From: Candidatus Woesearchaeota archaeon
GTDB lineage: Archaea > Nanobdellota > Nanobdellia > Pacearchaeales > GW2011-AR1
Length of the DNA stretch: 64,000 bases
Reading direction: 5' to 3'
NCBI GenBank assembly: GCA_964613185.1
Contig: CAZTIP010000003.1
Span: 2,987 to 66,986 of the forward strand
Every line of letters starts with the position of its first letter. The first letter of the stretch is position 1. Below the pieces are notes generated by a model, which worked only from the letters and a program-made list of their open reading frames with translations, did no database searches and was not told the DNA's origin. Positions 56,367-64,000 of the stretch are shown here, one piece after another. The translations under genes and the position numbers were made by a program.

Positions 56367-56416
56367 AAATTAATATTATGTAAGCACTTTAAAAAAGTTT
56401 GTAATTTCAAAAAATT

Positions 56417-58699
56417 TTAATCAAAATAAATCTCAATCAAATCTTGGACATCTGAAGGGCCATAAGCAAATTGACTATTTACATCAAATGCAGGTTTATT
56501 ATATTGGGGTAAATTTAAAATCCAATTTTTTACAGAAATATCTTCTGCATCTGTTAAACTCTGATAACCCCATGTTGAAAAAAATGTGTTTTCACTTGTT
56601 CCAGCACCGCCAAGGCCAAAAATATTATCATCAGATTCTTTCAATTGAGTCATATGAAAGGTAGAATCAGGATAATAAGTATAATATTTAGAATCTGATT
56701 CTCTGGAAAAAAACTTTTGAAATGCCCCTTCACGAATGTTCAAGAAAATATTATTTTTAAAATAAAAACTGGCTCCTCCGCGTTTCATTCCAGCCCTTTT
56801 TCTTTGTCCTCCGCAAGGAGAGGCTGGACTCCACTTCATTTGAACAGGATCATTATCAAATAAAAATTTATTATTATAAACATAAACATTAGCAAATCTT
56901 TGGTCTTGTTCTTCTGGAGTGGTTTGTTTTCCAGGATCATCCGAATCTAAAGAGGTAAATCCGCCTGCAGAATCAATAACGATATTTCCATGAACCCATG
57001 AATGTCCTGGATCATCAATAGTTATTGCACTTCCATCACAGGAATTAATACAATAATTATCTGCGACAACAATTTTCAAAGTTTCTGGAGTAATTTCGTC
57101 TGTTCTAACCTGAAAACAAGTCCATTGAACAGTATCTACCTTATTCAAAACAAATTCTAAATTCTCATCTGCAACATTAAAATAAAATCCATGCTGTTCA
57201 CGAATATTGTGCACATTCAAATTACAAGCAACAAAATTAGTAACTTCATTTCCTTTAACTCCCCATTTTGCCCCATTAGAATTCCAATAACTTCCATCAA
57301 CATTATAAAATCTTCCGTCGAGTTCCATATTTTTCACGACGACATTTCTAACGGCACCGTAAGCACCACCAACAAAAATTAAATCTCGAGGACTAAGTGC
57401 GGTTCCGGGTTCCATAGGTCCTGCGACAAGTTTCAAATTATCCATCCCATCAAAAACTACATTTTCAATCCCATAGATTCTCATCACATCTCCCCCATTC
57501 CAAATTCCATTCCCAATTTCCATTGGGGCCATAAAATAAATATGTACAGGATTCCCATCATCAAAAATTCTATTACCGACATCTAGAAAGGTTAATTCAC
57601 CACCTTGGAGCCCATAAACTAAAATCGTATCTCCACTATTTGCAGAAGAGAATGCATTTTTCAGAGAAAGAGTATCAGGATTATTTCCCCCAACATTAAT
57701 TACAGTATTAGGGTCAATCAAACTAATATTTCTTCTCCAAGTCCAAGAATCTTGTAAAAGCGAAGAATAGCTTCCCCAACCAGCAGGTTTATTCACATTT
57801 CCAGTAAAATAATTAGTACAAATATCCTCACTATTTTGGGAAGTTCCGCTACTTTCGTCATCATCATAAAGATCAATACAATCAGGATCTGCCAAGTCAA
57901 TTAAATTATCTCCATCATTATCTTCAAGGTCACTACATTGAAAAACTCCACAATCCTCTGGACAATTCAAGGGATTTTCTCCCAAATCACAAAAATTATC
58001 TGTGCAAAAACTTTCCCCGTTAGTTTCTTCATTATCATCAAAATAATCAAAGCATCCAGAATCATTAGAATAATCTGTCAAATTATCCCCATCATTATCT
58101 AATCCATCATAACATTCAAATAAACCAAACTCTGTTTCCACGTCGTCAAATCCATCAATACATGCAGTATCATTTGGAAAATCAATCAATCCGTCAGCAT
58201 CATTATCTAATCCATCACTACATCTAAAAATTCCGCAATCTACTGAACAGTTGAATGGATCTTCGCCAGAATCACAAGTTCCATCTCCGCAAGAAGAACC
58301 ACTGCCAGAAGAACCACCAGAAGAACCTCCTGAAGAACCACCAGAAGAACCTCCTCCGCCGCCAGAACTTGTAGATTCCAAGTTATCATTTCCATCAACA
58401 CAACCACTATCCAAATTATCTACATCACCATCACCGTCGTTATCAACACCATCATTACATTGAGTCACACAATCCGAAGGGCAACTAATTCCATCCTCCC
58501 CAGCATTATCGTCACAATAGGTATTCCCACAAAGAGAATTATCATCCTCGTCAGAAGAACTTGAAGAAGAACTATCCAATAAATCTGGAACACCAACATC
58601 ATCAATGTTCCCCAAAACATTCTCATAATCCCAAAAAATAAAAAACGAAAACAACGCTATCAAAAACAAATAAACAACTAACATCACCTTCCTTTTCAT
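56417..58699 (-). CDS. Large surface protein: Cys/Asp-rich repeats, Gly/Ser linker, C-terminal right-handed beta-helix-like domain
   Basis: N-terminal TM; four CxDxxDNDxDxxxD..D..C and three CG/TxxxC..GE...C..DC units; Asn/Val ladder in C-terminus. Confidence 0.75.
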   Translation of the reverse strand: MKRKVMLVVYLFLIALFSFFIFWDYENVLGNIDDVGVPDLLDSSSSSSSDEDDNSLCGNTYCDDNAGEDGISCPSDCVTQCNDGVDNDGDGDVDNLDSGCVDGNDNLESTSSGGGGGSSGGSSGGSSGGSSGSGSSCGDGTCDSGEDPFNCSVDCGIFRCSDGLDNDADGLIDFPNDTACIDGFDDVETEFGLFECYDGLDNDGDNLTDYSNDSGCFDYFDDNEETNGESFCTDNFCDLGENPLNCPEDCGVFQCSDLEDNDGDNLIDLADPDCIDLYDDDESSGTSQNSEDICTNYFTGNVNKPAGWGSYSSLLQDSWTWRRNISLIDPNTVINVGGNNPDTLSLKNAFSSANSGDTILVYGLQGGELTFLDVGNRIFDDGNPVHIYFMAPMEIGNGIWNGGDVMRIYGIENVVFDGMDNLKLVAGPMEPGTALSPRDLIFVGGAYGAVRNVVVKNMELDGRFYNVDGSYWNSNGAKWGVKGNEVTNFVACNLNVHNIREQHGFYFNVADENLEFVLNKVDTVQWTCFQVRTDEITPETLKIVVADNYCINSCDGSAITIDDPGHSWVHGNIVIDSAGGFTSLDSDDPGKQTTPEEQDQRFANVYVYNNKFLFDNDPVQMKWSPASPCGGQRKRAGMKRGGASFYFKNNIFLNIREGAFQKFFSRESDSKYYTYYPDSTFHMTQLKESDDNIFGLGGAGTSENTFFSTWGYQSLTDAEDISVKNWILNLPQYNKPAFDVNSQFAYGPSDVQDLIEIYFD

Positions 58700-58782
58700 A
58701 GTAAATAAAAAATTAAGACGTATTTAAAGATTATTAAAAACCAAAGGAATTATATAAGATATAAGCTATCTAAGAAAGATCA

Positions 58783-59595
58783 ATGGAAATAATAAAAGCT
58801 ACAGGTGAAAAAACAAATTTTGAAAAAGTCAAAATTGAAAAAAGTGTTCTCAAAGCAGGTGCATCAAAAATCCTCGCAAAAAATATCGCTAAAAGAGTAG
58901 AATCTCAAATTCAAAAAGGAAGTTCTACAGAAAAAATCCTAAATACTACTCTAAAATATCTTGATAAAAAACCAGAAATCGCGGCAAGATATGATTTGAA
59001 AAGGGCGATAATGTCTTTGGGTCCCAGCGGGTTCCCATTTGAAGAATTTCTTTCACAAGTTCTAGAAAATTATGGATACAAGACTCAAACTGGAAAAAAC
59101 ATAAAAGGAAGAATGATTTCGCAAGAAATAGACATAATTGCGGAGAAAAAATTAAAACATATGATTGAAGCAAAATATCATAATTCTAGGGGTATTCATA
59201 CAGATACCAAAGTTGCAATGTACACCTACGCAAGATTCTTAGATATAAACTCTAATCCAAAAGAAAATTTTGAAAATGCATGGTTAGTAACAAACACCAA
59301 ATGCACTTCAAACGCAACAAAATATTCTCAAGGAGTTAATCTAAAAATCATTGGATGGGGCTATCCGAAAAAAGGAAATCTTCAAGAACTCATTGAAAAA
59401 AAAGGTTTATATCCCATTACAATTATCCCCGGAATGTCAAAAAAAGTAAAAGAAAAATTATTCAGCACTAAAATAATATTAGCGAAAGATTTAGCAAATC
59501 ATAAAATAGAAGACTTAGTAGAAAAAACAAACTTAAACAAAGCCACTCTTGAAAAAATTCTTGAAAAAGCAAAAGCTATTTGTTCAAATAAATAA
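58783..59595 (+). CDS. ATP-cone plus Mrr-like restriction endonuclease domain protein
   Basis: IIKATGE..F..KI ATP cone; LGPSGFPFE, EIDI...IEAKYH PD-(D/E)xK. Confidence 0.85.
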   Translation: MEIIKATGEKTNFEKVKIEKSVLKAGASKILAKNIAKRVESQIQKGSSTEKILNTTLKYLDKKPEIAARYDLKRAIMSLGPSGFPFEEFLSQVLENYGYKTQTGKNIKGRMISQEIDIIAEKKLKHMIEAKYHNSRGIHTDTKVAMYTYARFLDINSNPKENFENAWLVTNTKCTSNATKYSQGVNLKIIGWGYPKKGNLQELIEKKGLYPITIIPGMSKKVKEKLFSTKIILAKDLANHKIEDLVEKTNLNKATLEKILEKAKAICSNK

Positions 59596-59644
59596 TCAAA
59601 TTGAAAATACAAAAAACTTTTAACCACTCCGAACAATAAATTCT

Positions 59645-61357
59645 ATGGAAAAAATAAGGCAACCAATTGTGACAGTTGCAGGTCATGTAGATCACGGAAA
59701 AACAAGCATTTTAGACAAAGTTAGAGGAACAACTATCCAAGAAAAAGAAGAAGGAGGGATAACTCAAAAAATTTCATTCACAACAGTTCCAAAAGAAAAT
59801 ATTCAAAAAAGGGCAGATGAAGTTTTAAAAAAATTCAAAATTCCGGTAGAAATTCCGGGATTACTTTTCATAGACACTCCAGGACATGCAGCATTTACAA
59901 ACTTAAGAAAGAGGGGAGGATCATTAGCAGATATTGCAATTTTAGTTATTGATATAAACGACGGATTAAAACCCCAAACAGTAGAAGTGCTTCAAATAAT
60001 AAAAGCAAATAAAACTCCATTCATAATTGCATTAAATAAAATTGATAATATTTCAGGGTGGAAAGAAGGCGAACAAATAGAAAACCAGGCAATAAATGTA
60101 AGGCAAAATTTCGAAGAAAAATTTTACACAATTATCGGAGCACTTCATTCGCACGGATTTAATGCAGAAATGTATTCTAAAATAAAAGATTTTACAAAAA
60201 ATATCGCGTTAATTCCCTGTTCTGCAAAAACAGGAGAAGGAATTCCAGAAATTCTTGCAATGTTAACCGCACTTTCTCAAAAATTTCTAAAAGAAAGAAT
60301 TGAAATTAAAGAACAAGGAAAAGGAGTAATCTTAGAAATAAAAAAAGATAAGCAAGCAAATTATTTGGAATGTATCCTTTATGATGGAGAACTTTCATTA
60401 AAAGATGAAATTGCAATTGCTTCCTTTGAAAATTCAATCGTTACAAAAATTAGAGTTTTACAAGAATCTCAACCGCTCGGAAAAGGATTAAAAGTAGTAG
60501 AAAGGGCAAGGGCGGCAACAGGACTTAAATTGCAAATTATTTCAAAGGAAGACATATTACCTGGAATGCCATTTCAAGTAATAAATAATAATTTAGAAGA
60601 GATAGAAAAAGAATTTTCAGAGGAACTTTCTGAAGAAGTAAAAACCGATGAAACAGGAATTGTAGTAAAGGCAGATTCGCTTGGAAGTTTAGAAGCCCTT
60701 CTAGTTTTATTGAAGCAACAACAAATTAATGTAATAAAAGCAGGGATTGGGCCAATAACAAAAAAAGATATTTATTCAACAAATGCACTTCCAGCGGAAG
60801 ACAAAATACTTTTAGGATTCAATGTGAATTTAGCAGAAGATGCAGAAGTTGAAGAATTAAAAAATATAAAACTTTTAACAAACCCTGTAGTTTACAAATT
60901 AATTGAAAATTTTGAAAAGTTTAAATTAGAACAATCAAAAGAAATTGAAAAAAAGAAACTTTCAGAATTACCAAAAATAGCAAAAATAACAATTTTAGAT
61001 TTCGTTTTCAGAAATTCGAATCCGGCAGTTTTTGGAGTAGAAATAATCGGAGGGATATTAAAAAAGGGAGAGCGATTCATAAATAGAGACGATATAAAAA
61101 TCGGACAAATAAAGGAAATTCAAGAAGATAAAAATAATGTTCAAGAAGTAATAAAGGGGAAGGAAGTTGCGATTTCAGTTCCAGGAATAAATTTTGAGCG
61201 ACAATTAACTGTAGGAGAATCCCTCTATACAAACCTTTCAGAAACAGAATTTAGAAAATTTAAGGAACATAAAGAACTTTTAACTTCTGAAGAAAAAACA
61301 ATTCTTCAAGAAATAGCAAGTATAAAGAGAAAATCAAACGGAACCTGGGGAATTTAA
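59645..61357 (+). CDS. infB: Translation initiation factor aIF5B (IF-2)
   Basis: IRQPIV..GHVDHGKT, GGITQ, DTPGH.AF.NLRKRGG, NKID. Confidence 0.96.
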   Translation: MEKIRQPIVTVAGHVDHGKTSILDKVRGTTIQEKEEGGITQKISFTTVPKENIQKRADEVLKKFKIPVEIPGLLFIDTPGHAAFTNLRKRGGSLADIAILVIDINDGLKPQTVEVLQIIKANKTPFIIALNKIDNISGWKEGEQIENQAINVRQNFEEKFYTIIGALHSHGFNAEMYSKIKDFTKNIALIPCSAKTGEGIPEILAMLTALSQKFLKERIEIKEQGKGVILEIKKDKQANYLECILYDGELSLKDEIAIASFENSIVTKIRVLQESQPLGKGLKVVERARAATGLKLQIISKEDILPGMPFQVINNNLEEIEKEFSEELSEEVKTDETGIVVKADSLGSLEALLVLLKQQQINVIKAGIGPITKKDIYSTNALPAEDKILLGFNVNLAEDAEVEELKNIKLLTNPVVYKLIENFEKFKLEQSKEIEKKKLSELPKIAKITILDFVFRNSNPAVFGVEIIGGILKKGERFINRDDIKIGQIKEIQEDKNNVQEVIKGKEVAISVPGINFERQLTVGESLYTNLSETEFRKFKEHKELLTSEEKTILQEIASIKRKSNGTWGI

Positions 61358-61369
61358 AATATTTCAATT

Positions 61370-62410
61370 TTATTGATTAGAATATTTTTCTACCTCATTA
61401 TTCAAAACTTCTAATTCGACACCTGCAATCTCAAACATTTTAGGTGTTTTTCCGCCAGCATGATATTTTTTTTCACAAATAACTCGTTTAATTCCAGAAT
61501 TAATAATCATCCCTGCACATGCAGAACAGGGTAGCATTTTACAATATAATGTTGCACCATTTATTGAAATTCCTAACTTTGCTGCCTGGCAAATTGCGTT
61601 TTGTTCAGCATGTGTCGTCCGAACACAATGTTGTCTTTTTATTCCATCAGAATGTTTCCATTCTTCCATTAAATGTCCTTCTTCATCACAATGAGGTAAT
61701 TTTTTTGGAGAGCCAACATAACCTGTAACCAAAATTTGTCCATCTTTTGCAATCACTGCCCCGCTTCTCCCCCTATCACAAGTTCCACGCATAGCAACCA
61801 TTCGAGAAATATTAATAAAATATTCATCCCATTCCGGTCGAACATATTTTTTATCAGCAAGCTCAAAGTTTTCAAGAACTTTCATAACTTTTATTTTCAA
61901 GTCTTCCACAGTCCAATCATTTTTAAATAAATGGTCTGCAAGTTCAATACATTTTCCAAGATTTTGTTTAGAAGAATCCAAGTTTAACATTTCATCTTTT
62001 TCTTGTCTTAAAAATTCTTCAAAAGAAACCTTATCGCTTTCTTCTCCACGTTCAACAATTCGAGAATATCTAGTTTCAGGGTCTGCATCAACAGCCAAAA
62101 GAACAAAATTTTCCTTTTTTTTGAGGGCCTCAATTTCCCCAATGGTCCGAATACTCTCAATAACTATATTTCCACTCATTGCATTTGCCCGACGATACAA
62201 ATCTTCAATAATATAACTTGAATTATTTTTTTCTCTCAAATCATTAGCAACAAAAATCATACTATTTCTATCAACTTCCATGCCCCTTTTTTCAATTTCT
62301 TCAATTAAATAATCTCTTACAGAATAATGTTTAAATCCTTTTTCTAATAAAAATTTTACTATAGTTCCCTTCCCTGCACCATTAGTTCCAGTAATTCCAA
62401 TAATCATCAA
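61370..62410 (-). CDS. Fusion: P-loop nucleotide kinase-like domain plus dCMP deaminase
   Basis: GITGTNGAGKG N-terminus; RPEWDEYF, HAEQNA, PCSAC deaminase motifs. Confidence 0.87.
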   Translation of the reverse strand: MMIIGITGTNGAGKGTIVKFLLEKGFKHYSVRDYLIEEIEKRGMEVDRNSMIFVANDLREKNNSSYIIEDLYRRANAMSGNIVIESIRTIGEIEALKKKENFVLLAVDADPETRYSRIVERGEESDKVSFEEFLRQEKDEMLNLDSSKQNLGKCIELADHLFKNDWTVEDLKIKVMKVLENFELADKKYVRPEWDEYFINISRMVAMRGTCDRGRSGAVIAKDGQILVTGYVGSPKKLPHCDEEGHLMEEWKHSDGIKRQHCVRTTHAEQNAICQAAKLGISINGATLYCKMLPCSACAGMIINSGIKRVICEKKYHAGGKTPKMFEIAGVELEVLNNEVEKYSNQ

Positions 62411-62447
62411 GAAATAATTTCATCTTTACTTAAATAAATTATTGTAA

Positions 62448-62888
62448 TCAAATGTTACTTCCACCAGTACTTCCAAAACCATCTTCTCCTCGAGAAGTTT
62501 CGCTCAAATCATCGACAATTTCAATTTCAGCAAACTCGACAGGCTGGATTAAAACTTGAGCAATTTTATCACCTGCACGAATTTCAAAATCATCTAATGA
62601 AGTATTATGTAGAATTATCTTATATTCTCCACGATAATGTGCATCTATTACACCTCCAAGAATTGAAATTCCTTTTTTAGAAGCAAGTCCACTTTTTCCC
62701 CACGCAAGAGCGACATATCCTTGAGGGATTTCCATTGAAATTCCTGTGGAAAACATTTTCATCATCCCAGGACCTAAAACAAAGTTTTCAGTTGAACAAA
62801 AATCCAATCCTGCATCTCCTAAATGCCCATAAGAAGGCAAAATAGCATCTTCAATTAATTTTTTAATTTTAACTTTCACCATATTCAA
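62448..62888 (-). CDS. dut: dUTPase (trimeric)
   Basis: GDAGLD, KSGLA, GVIDAHYRGE, IAQ, RGEDGFGSTG. Confidence 0.95.
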   Translation of the reverse strand: MNMVKVKIKKLIEDAILPSYGHLGDAGLDFCSTENFVLGPGMMKMFSTGISMEIPQGYVALAWGKSGLASKKGISILGGVIDAHYRGEYKIILHNTSLDDFEIRAGDKIAQVLIQPVEFAEIEIVDDLSETSRGEDGFGSTGGSNI

Positions 62889-62924
62889 ATTTTCAAAGAA
62901 ATAACATATATTAATTTATCCATC

Positions 62925-64000
62925 TTAACACTTCGACATACCACAACTGCAACAAGTACTACAACCACCTTCCATCTTCATATTCCCCCCACAACTATTA
63001 CAAAAATTTCCTGAAAAAATGGGACCTTTTTTTCCTCCAGTTTCTTCATCAGTTTCTTTTCCCTCAAGAACACTATGAAGTTTTTTTGTCTTCTCCATAG
63101 ATTGAATCATTCCACGAGCAATTGCCTCCGGGACAGACCTAACTTTTTCAGGACCAAGACCAACCTGGCCAGAACCTCCAATTCCTTCGAGTTGTTCAAA
63201 AATCTTTTCATGAGGAATTCCGGCCTTAAATGCAAGAGAAGTAACTCTTCCAAAACCTTCAACCATTGCAGTCAAATCCCCTCCACTTTTCCCCAAATTA
63301 AGAATACTTTCATAAGGGCCAATTAAATCTCCCTCAGAATTATATTCCATTCCAGTTTTAGCAAATAAATTAAGGCCATGAGGTGTGGCGATTTTTTCAG
63401 TAGAACCAATCACAAAATCAGGACGAGGTCTTTCAATTCTTCGTAAAAGTGCATTCTGAAATTCAGCATCAGAAATTTCATTTTCCCCAATTTCTTCAAT
63501 AGAACTTTCAGTTCTCATCACTCCCTCTCTTGAACCCTCTCGATAAACAGTTACCCCTTTCAATCCTTCTTCTCTAGCCTTTAAATAAATTTTATCAACA
63601 ATCTCTAAAGGGATATCTCTAGGGAGATTTATTGTAGAGCTAATTGAAGTATCTATATACTTTTGAACAACTCCTTGCATTCTAACTCTAAATTCTGGAT
63701 CAATTTCGTGGGCTTCAACAACATAATCAGGTAACTTATCAACTCCACCAAAAAGTTCTTCCAAAAGCGGATAAACTACCTTGAATGTTTCAATTTCATC
63801 ACCTTTATTTGTTTTAACATCTCTCTCATAAGATATTGCAAACATTGGTTCGATTCCCCCAGAACCTTCCGCAACAATCGCGCCACTACCGACTGGCGCA
63901 ACAGTACTTATAGTTCCATTTCTCAATCCTTCATTTTTAATCCTTTTCTGAAGTTCTTCAGGAAGATTTTGGATAAATTTACTTTTCTTCAAACCTTCCC
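62925..64000 (-). CDS. nrdJ: Class II (adenosylcobalamin-dependent) ribonucleotide reductase, C-terminal part; gene starts beyond window
   Basis: GLRN...TVAPVGS...GIEP, SISSTINLP, KGVTVYREGSR, TSCPD-like domain, terminal EGGCSTCCSCGMSKC. Confidence 0.9.
   Translation of the reverse strand, partial: EGLKKSKFIQNLPEELQKRIKNEGLRNGTISTVAPVGSGAIVAEGSGGIEPMFAISYERDVKTNKGDEIETFKVVYPLLEELFGGVDKLPDYVVEAHEIDPEFRVRMQGVVQKYIDTSISSTINLPRDIPLEIVDKIYLKAREEGLKGVTVYREGSREGVMRTESSIEEIGENEISDAEFQNALLRRIERPRPDFVIGSTEKIATPHGLNLFAKTGMEYNSEGDLIGPYESILNLGKSGGDLTAMVEGFGRVTSLAFKAGIPHEKIFEQLEGIGGSGQVGLGPEKVRSVPEAIARGMIQSMEKTKKLHSVLEGKETDEETGGKKGPIFSGNFCNSCGGNMKMEGGCSTCCSCGMSKC

Noticed and set aside
58290..58370. GAAGAACC-type short repeats
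   Set aside because: They simply encode the (SSGG)n linker of the surface protein
450..63326. Numerous 60-167 aa ORFs in the track overlapping confident genes (e.g. 450-728, 12213-12674, 20099-20602, 35999-36397, 42178-42378, 58251-58463)
   Set aside because: Antisense or frameshifted shadows of well-supported CDSs with Phe/Ser/Ile-rich composition and no motifs

Overview
AT-rich archaeal chromosome segment, most consistent with a DPANN/Nanobdellota archaeon of the Pacearchaeota type (inferred from archaeal RNAP/EF-2/EF-1A/aIF5B/ABCE1/Dph5, a single fused and shortened RpoA, a BHB tRNA intron and TATA-type promoters). From left to right: a type IV pilus locus; SRP RNA and tRNA-Ser; Xth; a candidate three-hairpin small RNA; a PC4-like protein; a CYTH-acs-2-oxoacid:ferredoxin oxidoreductase operon; IleRS, TrmB, ArgRS and ABCE1; a ~8.5 kb copper/nitrite cluster between tRNA-Thr and tRNA-Leu (CopA, NirK, CuA cupredoxin, several Cys-rich and MVGGC-tailed unknown proteins, a membrane-anchored wHTH regulator with two palindromic candidate operators); tRNA-iMet, RNase HII, Smc, a surface protein, DnaG, the rpoH-rpoB-rpoA-L30e-nusA-S12-S7-EF2-EF1A block, tRNA-Lys, a Cys-repeat/beta-helix surface protein, aIF5B and a dNTP cluster. 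The strongest leads are: (1) an Smc with canonical Smc heads but a central Rad50-type CxxC zinc hook and no visible hinge; (2) the copper/NirK regulon with a putative membrane Cu-sensing activator; (3) an unannotated triple-UUCG RNA. There are also several tRNA oddities and micro-ORFs missed by the ORF track. All assignments come from motif recognition by eye; no database searches were run.
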